DNA of 37,725 nucleotides from a virus (Duplodnaviria; Heunggongvirae; Uroviricota; Caudoviricetes): IMG/VR virus record IMGVR_UViG_2721755725_000007; one strand, 5' to 3'. Shown piece by piece: positions 8,043 to 15,323 of this stretch (position 1 is its first letter; each line of letters starts with the position of its first letter). The notes under the pieces were generated by a model. It saw only the letters and a program-made list of their open reading frames with translations, ran no database searches and was not told where the DNA came from. The position numbers and the translations under genes were made by a program.

Positions 8043-9101
8043 ATGTTTAACACTGTAAAAATATCCAGTTGTGAGTTGATCAACGCTGACTGCCTGGAAT
8101 TTATCCGGTCGTTACCCGAAAATTCTGTTGACCTGATAGTCACGGACCCGCCGTACTTTAAAGTGAAGCCTGAGGGCTGGGATAACCAGTGGAAGGGCGA
8201 CGATGATTACCTGAAGTGGCTGGACCAGTGTCTGGCGCAGTTCTGGCGGGTGCTGAAACCTGCCGGAAGTCTTTACCTGTTCTGTGGCCATCGCCTGGCA
8301 TCTGACATTGAAATCATGATGCGTGAACGCTTCAGTGTGCTGAACCATATTATCTGGGCGAAGCCGTCCGGACGCTGGAACGGGTGCAACAAGGAAAGCC
8401 TGAGGGCGTATTTCCCCGCCACAGAGCGCATTCTGTTCGCGGAACATTATCAGGGGCCGTATCGTCCGAAAGATGCCGGGTATGAGGCGAAGGGCAGGGC
8501 ACTGAAACAGCATGTGATGGCTCCGCTGATTTCTTACTTTCGTGATGCGCGCGCTGTCCTGGGGATAACGGCAAAACAGATTGCAGATGCCACAGGAAAG
8601 AAAAACATGGTGTCGCACTGGTTCAGTGCCGGTCAGTGGCTGCTGCCGAACGAAAGCGATTATCTGAAATTACAGGCGCTGTTTGCCCGGGTGGCAGAAG
8701 AGAAGCATCAGCGCGGTGAACTGGAAAAGCCCCACCACCAGCTGCTGGAGACGTATACTTCACTGAACCGGCAGTATGCGGAACTGCAGAGTGAATATAA
8801 ACATCTGCGGCGGTATTTTGGCGTGACGGCGCAGGTGCCGTACACGGATGTGTGGACGCATAAACCGGTGCAGTACTATCCCGGGAAACATCCGTGCGAA
8901 AAACCGGCAGAAATGCTGCAGCAGATAATCAGTGCGAGCAGTCGTCCGGGTGACCTGGTTGCAGATTTCTTCATGGGGTCGGGTTCGACAGTCAAAGCCG
9001 CGATGGCGCTGGGGCGTCGTGCAACTGGCGTTGAGCTGGAGACTGAACGTTTTGAGCAGACGGTCAGGGAAGTACAGGATTTAGTCAGTCAGAACGGATG
9101 A
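8043..9101 (+). CDS. DNA N6-adenine (or N4-cytosine) methyltransferase, beta class (motif IV DPPY precedes motif I)
   Basis: 352-aa ORF with N-terminal DLIVTDPPY and C-terminal DLVADFFMGSGST (AdoMet-binding FxGxG); orphan (no adjacent restriction gene). Confidence 0.85.
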   Translation: MFNTVKISSCELINADCLEFIRSLPENSVDLIVTDPPYFKVKPEGWDNQWKGDDDYLKWLDQCLAQFWRVLKPAGSLYLFCGHRLASDIEIMMRERFSVLNHIIWAKPSGRWNGCNKESLRAYFPATERILFAEHYQGPYRPKDAGYEAKGRALKQHVMAPLISYFRDARAVLGITAKQIADATGKKNMVSHWFSAGQWLLPNESDYLKLQALFARVAEEKHQRGELEKPHHQLLETYTSLNRQYAELQSEYKHLRRYFGVTAQVPYTDVWTHKPVQYYPGKHPCEKPAEMLQQIISASSRPGDLVADFFMGSGSTVKAAMALGRRATGVELETERFEQTVREVQDLVSQNG

Positions 9102-9141
9102 TATTGCAGGATTAGTTACGTACCGTTATTATCCTGCGCCC

Positions 9142-9217
9142 GGCCCTTTAGCTCAGTGGTGAGAGCGAGCGACGCATAATCGCCAGGTCGCTGGTTCGAA
9201 TCCAGTACAACGCGCCA
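9142..9217 (+). tRNA. tRNA-like sequence, ileX/ileZ-type (anticodon loop CGCATAA, anticodon CAU), probably degenerate
   Basis: 5' half GGCCCTTTAGCTCAGTGGTGAGAGC and T-arm GCTGGTTCGAATCCAGT closely resemble E. coli tRNA-Ile2 (ileX) as recalled, and it ends in G-CCA; but the 3' acceptor strand ACAACGC cannot pair with the 5' strand GGCCCTT and position 33 is G. Confidence 0.45.
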
Positions 9218-9231
9218 CACTTATTTTCCCT

Positions 9232-9257
9232 GGCTCGCTTTTGCGGGCCTTTTTTTA
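9232..9257 (+). terminator. intrinsic terminator after the tRNA-like sequence
   Basis: GGCTCGC-TTTT-GCGGGCC (one G-U pair) followed by TTTTTTT. Confidence 0.5.
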
Positions 9258-9456
9258 AATGTCTCACAATTCAGGCGGTTGACTGTTGTCTGGTTTGCGG
9301 GGAGTTTGTTAAAAGAAACTGGCATGGTGAATCCCCCTGTGCGGAGGGGCAATCAGCAACCAGGTATATGGGGTAATCGCGGATTCAGGTGCTGGTACTG
9401 AATTCACCGGGAGGCACCCGGCACCATGCAAGAAAAAGAATGTGCATGCAAACATG

Positions 9457-9479
9457 CCCCTCTCCGGAGGGGCTTTTTT
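9457..9479 (+). terminator. intrinsic terminator
   Basis: CCCCTC-TCCG-GAGGGG followed by CTTTTTT. Confidence 0.55.
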
Positions 9480-9485
9480 ATGGGT

Positions 9486-9511
9486 AAAAAAATGCCCGAA
9501 TGGGTTCGGGC
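9486..9511 (-). terminator. intrinsic terminator-like hairpin oriented for - strand transcription
   Basis: A7 run then GCCCGAA-TGGG-TTCGGGC; read on the - strand this is a stem followed by a T-run, back to back with the + strand terminator at 9457-9479. Confidence 0.4.
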
Positions 9512-9607
9512 AATAGCATGAGATACTGATATTGTTGTGTTGTTATCGTGTGGATTTTAACCAGGGTTTATCAGGCTGCGCAACTGCGTGGCCTTTTTTC
9601 ATTTCTT

Positions 9608-9652
9608 GGGCTGTAGTCCCCGTGTGTCATTCAGGCTTCCGGACTACAGCCC
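9608..9652. repeat. perfect 12-bp inverted repeat (GGGCTGTAGTCC / GGACTACAGCCC) with 21-nt spacer, about 45 bp upstream of the esterase gene
   Basis: Arms at 9608-9619 and 9641-9652 are exact reverse complements. Confidence 0.6.
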
Positions 9653-9695
9653 ACTCCATATCTGATTTAATACACTATCCCGGCCGGGAGGAATA

Positions 9696-11642
9696 ATGAC
9701 ATTTAAACATTATGATGTTGTCAGGGCGGCGTCGCCGTCAGACCTTGCTGATGCACTTGCGCAAAAAATTCGTGAAGGATGGCAACCATATGGTGGGCCG
9801 TTTTCTTCGTATACGGATGATGGCGCAGCACTTATTCAGGCGATTGTCGCAGAAGGTGATGTGAGCACACCTGTTGTGGTGAAGCCGACAGGTGGAGAAG
9901 GTGCAGTAATCAGCGCCACCAGCGACCCCGGGTATTACTTTGTTGTGGTTCTGGCAGGGCAGTCAAACAGCATGGCATATGGTGAAGGCCTTCCGCTGCC
10001 GGAGACATATGACCGTCCGGACCCGCGCATTAAGCAGCTGGCGCGTCGCAGTACGGTGACACCGGGCGGTGTCGCCTGTAAATATAACGACATCATTCCG
10101 GCGGACCATTGTCTGCATGATGTGCAGGACATGAGCCGCCTTAACCATCCGAAAGCGGACCTGTCAAAGGGGCAGTACGGAACCGTGGGGCAGGGGCTGC
10201 ATATCGCCAAAAAACTGCTGCCGTTTATACCGGCGAATGCGGGCATTCTGCTGGTTCCGTGCTGTCGTGGTGGTTCAGCGTTCACCACCGGAGCTGATGG
10301 CACATACAGTGACGCGAGTGGTGCCTCGGAGAATTCAACCCGCTGGGGTGTGGACAAGCCGCTGTATAAGGACCTTATCGGTCGAACAAAAGCAGCACTG
10401 AAGAAGAATCCGAAAAATGTGCTGTTTGCCGTGGTGTGGATGCAGGGGGAATTTGATTTTGGCGGTACGCCGGCAAATCACGCAGCACAGTTTGGTGCGC
10501 AGGTTGATAAATTCCGTGCAGACCTGGCGGATATGGCAGGTCAGTGCGTCGGTGGCTCTGCTGACGGTGTTCCCTGGATATGCGGGGACACGACGTATTT
10601 CTGGAAGCAGAAGAACGAATCCTCGTACCAGACGGTGTACGGCAGCTACAAAAACAAAACGGAAAAGAATATCCATTTCGTACCGTTCATGACGGATGAG
10701 AATGGGGTGAATGTGCCGACGAACAAACCGGAAGAAGACCCGGACATTCCGGGTATCGGATATTACGGTTCGAAATGGCGTGACAGCTCAGCCACCTGGA
10801 CGTCACAGGACAGGGCGAGCCATTTCAGCGCCTGGGCACGCCGTGGGATTATTTCCGACCGTCTGGCAACGGCGATTTTGCGCCATGCGGGAAGAGTGGC
10901 GCTAAACGCGGGGGCATCATCGACAGTATCAGAGGTGCGCCCGTCATCGCCTTCCGGTGCAGAAGCCACAGGCGTCACAACACTGCTCTCTTACCTTGCC
11001 AGCGAGTCAGAGGGAAGCCTGAAAGTACAGGGATGGTCAGCCAGTGGCGGCAGGGCAGAAGTGGTCAGCGATGCGGAGGGAACCGGAGGTAAGGCAGTGA
11101 AGCTGACCAAGGAAGCCGGTAAAAGCAGCTGGGTGCTGGAGTACGCCGCGGGCAACGGTGCGGCTCTGTTACAGAAAGGGGGGCAGATTCGCTGCCGCTT
11201 TAAGGTTTCGGGAGCGCTGGCTGCGAACCAGTATGTTATGGCGTTTTACTGGCCGGTATCTTCACTGCCACAGGGCGTTGCCCTGACCGGAGACGGGGGG
11301 AATAACCTGCTGGCAGCGTTCTACATCCAGACAGATGCAAAAGACCTGAATGTGATGTACCACAATGCGAAAGTGGCGACAAACAACCTGAAACTGGGAA
11401 CCTTTGGCGCATTTGATAACGAATGGCATACGCTGGCCTTCCGCTTTGCCGGGAATAACAGCCTTCAGGTGACGCCGGTTATTGATGGTCAGGATGGCAC
11501 ACCGTTCACGCTGACGCAGTCACCGGTCAGTGCATTTGCGGCGGATAAACTGCATGTGACAGACATTACCAAAGGTGCGACTTACCCGGTGCTGATTGAC
11601 AGCATTGCGGTGGAAGTGAACAACACAGACACTGCGGCATGA
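9696..11642 (+). CDS. nanS-p: prophage sialate (9-O-acetyl-Neu5Ac) O-acetylesterase, NanS-p type (N-terminal DUF1737 + SGNH/SASA esterase + C-terminal carbohydrate-binding region)
   Basis: 648-aa ORF, GGGAGG upstream; N-terminus MTFKHYDVVRAASPSDLADALAQKIREGWQPYGGP and esterase block FVVVLAGQSNSM match the NanS-p proteins found downstream of stx in Stx phages as I recall them. Confidence 0.8.
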   Translation: MTFKHYDVVRAASPSDLADALAQKIREGWQPYGGPFSSYTDDGAALIQAIVAEGDVSTPVVVKPTGGEGAVISATSDPGYYFVVVLAGQSNSMAYGEGLPLPETYDRPDPRIKQLARRSTVTPGGVACKYNDIIPADHCLHDVQDMSRLNHPKADLSKGQYGTVGQGLHIAKKLLPFIPANAGILLVPCCRGGSAFTTGADGTYSDASGASENSTRWGVDKPLYKDLIGRTKAALKKNPKNVLFAVVWMQGEFDFGGTPANHAAQFGAQVDKFRADLADMAGQCVGGSADGVPWICGDTTYFWKQKNESSYQTVYGSYKNKTEKNIHFVPFMTDENGVNVPTNKPEEDPDIPGIGYYGSKWRDSSATWTSQDRASHFSAWARRGIISDRLATAILRHAGRVALNAGASSTVSEVRPSSPSGAEATGVTTLLSYLASESEGSLKVQGWSASGGRAEVVSDAEGTGGKAVKLTKEAGKSSWVLEYAAGNGAALLQKGGQIRCRFKVSGALAANQYVMAFYWPVSSLPQGVALTGDGGNNLLAAFYIQTDAKDLNVMYHNAKVATNNLKLGTFGAFDNEWHTLAFRFAGNNSLQVTPVIDGQDGTPFTLTQSPVSAFAADKLHVTDITKGATYPVLIDSIAVEVNNTDTAA

Positions 11643-11680
11643 TAAAAAAAACCGCCAGCGACAGGAATGGACGCTGGCGG
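11643..11680 (-). terminator. hairpin with flanking A8 run (terminator-like for - strand; possibly bidirectional)
   Basis: A8 then CCGCCAGCG ... CGCTGGCGG (9-bp perfect stem, 11-nt loop) immediately after the esterase stop; no T-run on the + strand. Confidence 0.35.
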
Positions 11681-11779
11681 TGGTAATACCTATGGAGAAA
11701 AAATAAAGGAACGATACTTTCGTGCTCTGGTTTTTTAAATGAAAACAGTTCTTATTGTCAACAATAACGGAAAGAAATT

Positions 11780-11959
11780 ATGACATTTCTGAACCAGTTA
11801 ATGCTGTACTTCTGTACGGTGGTCTGTGTGCTGTATCTCCTTTCGGGTGGGTACAGGGCCATGCGTGACTTCTGGCGCAGACAGATTGACAAAAGGGCCG
11901 CTGAGAAAATCAGCGCCAGTCAGTCAGCCGGAAGCAAACCCGAAGAGCCGCTCATTTAG
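11780..11959 (+). CDS. candidate small membrane protein (59 aa)
   Basis: ATG 11780, not in the six-frame track (<60 aa); product MTFLNQLMLYFCTVVCVLYLLSGGY... has one hydrophobic helix then a basic tail; overlaps the 5' extension of the track ORF 11826-12245 in another frame. Confidence 0.4.
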   Translation: MTFLNQLMLYFCTVVCVLYLLSGGYRAMRDFWRRQIDKRAAEKISASQSAGSKPEEPLI

Positions 11960-11999
11960 CGGCAACTTTCTTAATCACATCTTTCGACGAGAAAATCCC

Positions 12000-12245
12000 A
12001 TGTCAGAAATTACATCCCTGGTCACTGCTGAGGCAGTGAAGGAAGTCCTGCGCTCTGAAGAAGTCCTGAGTGCACTGAAACAAAAACTTCGCCATAACCT
12101 GGAAGCGCGTCTTGATGCAGAAGTGGATGCCATTCTGGATGAACTGCTGGGCGCACCGGCAGCTCCGGAGCCGGAAGGTATCGCGGGTGAGGGGAGTGCT
12201 TCAGATAGCGGTGACCCCACACCGGACAGCGACATGATGATGTAA
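12000..12245 (+). CDS. hypothetical acidic small protein (81 aa)
   Basis: In-frame ATG 12000 of track ORF 11826-12245; weak SD; product [30 protein letters not shown]... ends in acidic tail. Confidence 0.4.
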   Translation: MSEITSLVTAEAVKEVLRSEEVLSALKQKLRHNLEARLDAEVDAILDELLGAPAAPEPEGIAGEGSASDSGDPTPDSDMMM

Positions 12246-12322
12246 GCATGCGTCAGGGACCATCGGTGTGTGCCGGTGGTCTTTTTTATTGTTGTGAGCT
12301 TCCGGATTGCGGGAGACGGGGT

Positions 12323-12538
12323 ATGAACCAGATGGAAAAAATCACAACAGGTGTGTCATACACCACGTCAGCGGTGGGAACGGGCTACTGGTTCCTGCAG
12401 TTGCTGGACAGGGTTTCCCCGTCTCAGTGGGCGGCAATAGGCGTGCTGGGGAGTCTGCTGTTTGGTCTGCTGACGTACCTGACGAACCTGTATTTCAAAA
12501 TCAGAGAGGACAGGCGTAAGGCGGCACGGGGAGAGTAG
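12323..12538 (+). CDS. class II holin, phage-21 S-type (pinholin-like), with dual-start motif M-N-Q-M
   Basis: GGGAGACGGGG upstream of ATG 12323, second ATG at 12332; product ...[64 protein letters not shown] has two TM segments and the conserved S21-type C-terminus. Confidence 0.8.
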   Translation: MNQMEKITTGVSYTTSAVGTGYWFLQLLDRVSPSQWAAIGVLGSLLFGLLTYLTNLYFKIREDRRKAARGE

Positions 12539-12541
12539 GTG

Positions 12542-12757
12542 ATGAACCATGAAGAAATGAATCAGCGCTTCAGTCGTCTGGAAAATGAAATTGCTGAACT
12601 GAATAAAAAACTGTCGGCGCTGATGCCTTCTGAAGATGAAAAAAAACGCCGCGATGAGCAGTTTGCTGCGTTTGACGATTATTGTCGGAAAGTGATGAGC
12701 AGAAATCTCGCAGAGTGTTTCAGTATTCATAATGATAATTGCAGTGAGCTGGAATGA
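12542..12757 (+). CDS. hypothetical coiled-coil protein inserted between holin and endolysin
   Basis: ATG 12542 (GTG 12539) after GGGGAGAG; 71 aa, acidic, C-terminal cysteines; AT-rich relative to neighbours. Confidence 0.4.
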   Translation: MNHEEMNQRFSRLENEIAELNKKLSALMPSEDEKKRRDEQFAAFDDYCRKVMSRNLAECFSIHNDNCSELE

Positions 12758-13097
12758 GTGTAACCGGCCATCCTTTGTTGTATCCGGTGATGACGGGAAA
12801 ATCACCATATCAGAAAATGGAAAAGTAACACTGCCATCGCACCAGCACAGTGAGACGCTCATTGAATTTGCCATTGATTACCTGAAGAACAATAAAAAAC
12901 AGGGGCTGATGCAGCGCATTGGTCGTTGCATGGGGTATCTGCAGGTAGCCGCTGAGATTGAAGCGCTGGCCAGTGGTGCTGATAAGGATGCAATTGTGCG
13001 GGAGGCTCTTCTTCGTAATTTTAATACTCCACCCTTTAAAAAAGTGCCGGCTTACTGGCTTCATCCCGGACTGACTTATCTGAAAGTGCGTATTTAG
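12732..13097 (+). CDS. hypothetical protein inserted between holin and endolysin
   Basis: 121-aa ORF overlapping the previous ORF by 26 nt in another frame; no recognisable SD; no family recognised. Confidence 0.4.
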   Translation: MIIAVSWNECNRPSFVVSGDDGKITISENGKVTLPSHQHSETLIEFAIDYLKNNKKQGLMQRIGRCMGYLQVAAEIEALASGADKDAIVREALLRNFNTPPFKKVPAYWLHPGLTYLKVRI

Positions 13098-13133
13098 TGG
13101 GCCTGGGACAGCGGCTGAATATTTAATATATCC

Positions 13134-13667
13134 ATGAACGCAAAAATCAGATACGGCCTGTCGGCTGCCGTTCTGGCGCTGATTGGTGCAGGGGCGTCTG
13201 CGCCTGAAATCCTCGACCAGTTTCTGGATGAAAAGGAAGGTAACCACACCACGGCATACCGTGATGGTGCGGGTATCTGGACCATCTGCCGTGGAGCCAC
13301 CCGGGTGGATGGTAAGCCTGTTATTCCTGGCATGAAGCTGTCGAAGGGGAAATGCGACCGGGTTAACGCCATTGAGCGTGATAAGGCGCTGGCATGGGTG
13401 GAGAAAAACATCAAAGTGCCACTGACTGAACCCCAGAAAGCGGGGATCGCGTCATTCTGCCCGTATAACATTGGCCCCGGTAAGTGTTTCCCGTCGACGT
13501 TTTATAAACGAATTAATGCAGGCGATCGCAGGGGAGCGTGTGAAGCGATTCGCTGGTGGATTAAGGACGGAGGCAGAGACTGCCGTATCCGCTCAAATAA
13601 TTGCTATGGTCAGGTATCCCGTCGTGACCAGGAGAGCGCGCTGGCGTGCTGGGGTATCGACAGATAA
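13134..13667 (+). CDS. SAR endolysin (phage-21 R-type lysozyme, glycoside hydrolase family 24 with N-terminal signal-arrest-release helix)
   Basis: N-terminal hydrophobic YGLSAAVLALIGAGASA followed by lysozyme-like core (...GIWTICRGAT...); position after holin. Confidence 0.85.
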   Translation: MNAKIRYGLSAAVLALIGAGASAPEILDQFLDEKEGNHTTAYRDGAGIWTICRGATRVDGKPVIPGMKLSKGKCDRVNAIERDKALAWVEKNIKVPLTEPQKAGIASFCPYNIGPGKCFPSTFYKRINAGDRRGACEAIRWWIKDGGRDCRIRSNNCYGQVSRRDQESALACWGIDR

Positions 13668-13826
13668 GCAGAATATTTTGCTGAAAAATGACGTTGGCCA
13701 ACGCGGACGGATAACACGAAATCCTGCGAACTGGCAAAACCTGAGTGAATAAAAGTAAAAACCCCGTTTGTTAGCAGCAGGTGGGGTTTTGTGTTTCCTG
13801 ACTCCGGAAAAGTCAAAGGAGAAAGT

Positions 13827-13964
13827 GTGTTTGATTTTAGCAAACTGATTCGGGAGATTCGAGTGATGGCTGAAAAATTATCCACCTGGAAGTTCATTCT
13901 TATCTGGCTGGTGTTTGTGATTATGGCCTCCGGTTATTTCATCGGTCAGATACGCTGGTGGTGA
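13827..13964 (+). CDS. candidate small membrane protein (45 aa) between endolysin and Rz
   Basis: GTG 13827 five nt after AAGGAG (13816-13821); product VFDFSKLIREIRVMAEKLSTWKFILIWLVFVIMASGYFIGQIRWW; stop TGA overlaps the Rz ATG region (TGAAATG). Not in the ORF track (<60 aa). Confidence 0.35.
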   Translation: MFDFSKLIREIRVMAEKLSTWKFILIWLVFVIMASGYFIGQIRWW

Positions 13965-13965
13965 A

Positions 13966-14433
13966 ATGAACCGCGTACTGTGCGTGGTCATCATTGCCCT
14001 GCTGGTGGCCTGTGGTGCGCTTAGTCTGGGGCTGAATCATTACCGTGATAACGCCATAACCTACAAAGCGCAGCGCGATAAAAAAGTCAGTGAGCTGGAG
14101 CAGGCAAATGCAACCATTACTGATATGCAGCAGCGCCAGCGTGATGTTGCTGCACTTGATGCCAGATACTCGAGGGAATTAGCCGATGCGAGAGCTGAAA
14201 ATGAAACTCTGCGCGCTGATGTTGCCGCTGGTCGTAAGCGCCTGCGGATCAACGCCACCTGCCCCGGTACCGTGCGTGAAGCCACCGGCACCTCCGGCGT
14301 GGATAATGCAACCGGCCCCCGACTGGCAGACACCGCTGAACGGGATTATTTCATCCTCAGAGAACGGTTGATGACAATGCAGAAGCAGCTGGAAGGGGCG
14401 CAGGACTATATCCGCACTCAGTGCCTGAACTAA
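13966..14433 (+). CDS. Rz inner-membrane spanin (i-spanin)
   Basis: N-terminal TM helix (VLCVVIIALLVACGALSL) followed by coiled-coil periplasmic domain; embeds an Rz1 ORF in the +1 frame. Confidence 0.8.
   Translation: MNRVLCVVIIALLVACGALSLGLNHYRDNAITYKAQRDKKVSELEQANATITDMQQRQRDVAALDARYSRELADARAENETLRADVAAGRKRLRINATCPGTVREATGTSGVDNATGPRLADTAERDYFILRERLMTMQKQLEGAQDYIRTQCLN
14186..14371 (+). CDS. Rz1 outer-membrane lipoprotein spanin (o-spanin), embedded in Rz
   Basis: +1-frame ORF inside Rz; lipobox-like LVVSAC followed by proline-rich sequence PPAPVPCVKPPAPPAW. Confidence 0.7.
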   Translation: MRELKMKLCALMLPLVVSACGSTPPAPVPCVKPPAPPAWIMQPAPDWQTPLNGIISSSENG

Positions 14434-14686
14434 GTTTTGCTGATGCGTCGTATCGTCGCTGTATTCCCTCATTAACAGAGACCGCAGCCCGACAGGGAGA
14501 CTACTCTGCGCGAGTGTGCGGGGATAATCAAAAACGATACACACCGGGGTTTACCGCGTAAACGGAGCGCGGCGTTGTCCCCTCATAGTCGCCTGTCCGG
14601 TGCGATGGTGGAAGAAACCGGACTACATTACAAATGATAACCATTATCATTTTTGCGGGTCCTCCTGGTGGGGTGGGTCTGAACAC

Positions 14687-14702
14687 GGGGCGGGCGGCGC
14701 GG
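14687..14702. other. candidate cosN (cohesive-end site) within a cos-like region upstream of the terminase genes
   Basis: G-rich GGGGCGGGCGGCGCGG followed by about 140 bp AT-rich sequence and then the small terminase gene, the layout of lambda cosN/cosB; sequence is not identical to lambda cosN. Confidence 0.3.
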
Positions 14703-14846
14703 AAAAAGGCGCATTTTTTGATTTTTATGGCACCATCACCACCAGTGTAAGTTGTTGATATATAGAAAAATAAAAATTTTTAGTGTCGAATCTGGTTGTT
14801 TTTTTTTCATCACTGGTGTGTGTTTACATAATTTTCAGGGGGAGTT

Positions 14847-15323
14847 ATGGATCGTGAATTAAAAAATCTGCATCTGAATATTTCCCAACTGGCCGCATTA
14901 TCCGGTGCTCATCGACAGACTGTTGCGGCTCGGGTAAAAAACATAAGCCCAGCCGGTGGTCATGAGAGCAATCTCAAACTGTACCGACTGACAGATATCC
15001 TTGCCGAGCTGATGAAAGCTCCTCTGCCTGTAGATAACGAGGAAATGGATCCTCATGCGCGTAAAGCATGGTACCAGTCAGAACGTGACCGACTGAAATT
15101 TGAGCAGGAAACTGGTCAGCTTGTGCCAGTCAGTGATGTCAGGCGGTCCTTTTCTGTCGTGGTGAAAGCGATAGTTCAGGTACTGGAAACCTGGCCTGAC
15201 CGGCTGGAAAGGGACAGGGGGTGGACCGCATCACAACTGAATGAAGTACAGATTGTGGTTGATGAGATCCGCGATACACTGGAAAAGGCAGTCATTGACT
15301 GTTGTGATGAGGCCGATATGTGA
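14847..15323 (+). CDS. terminase small subunit (Nu1-like, N-terminal HTH)
   Basis: GGGGGAG upstream of ATG; N-terminal ...LSQLAALSGAHRQTVAARVKN... HTH-like; immediately precedes the large subunit with GTGA overlap. Confidence 0.8.
   Translation: MDRELKNLHLNISQLAALSGAHRQTVAARVKNISPAGGHESNLKLYRLTDILAELMKAPLPVDNEEMDPHARKAWYQSERDRLKFEQETGQLVPVSDVRRSFSVVVKAIVQVLETWPDRLERDRGWTASQLNEVQIVVDEIRDTLEKAVIDCCDEADM

Noticed and set aside
9258-9695. Shiga toxin genes at the tRNA-to-nanS-p locus
   Set aside because: No ORF of appropriate size or sequence (StxA about 319 aa, StxB about 89 aa) exists in any frame; the segment is noncoding.
12368-13247. - strand ORFs (168 aa and 145 aa) across the holin/endolysin region
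   Set aside because: Overlap the well-supported holin and endolysin genes on the opposite strand; no SD; likely spurious, though the AT-rich insert makes this less certain than for the other shadow ORFs.
13471-13752. 93-aa + strand ORF overlapping the 3' end of the endolysin gene
   Set aside because: Alternative frame of the endolysin C-terminus with no SD; the downstream part is intergenic with a terminator-like hairpin (about 13765-13800).
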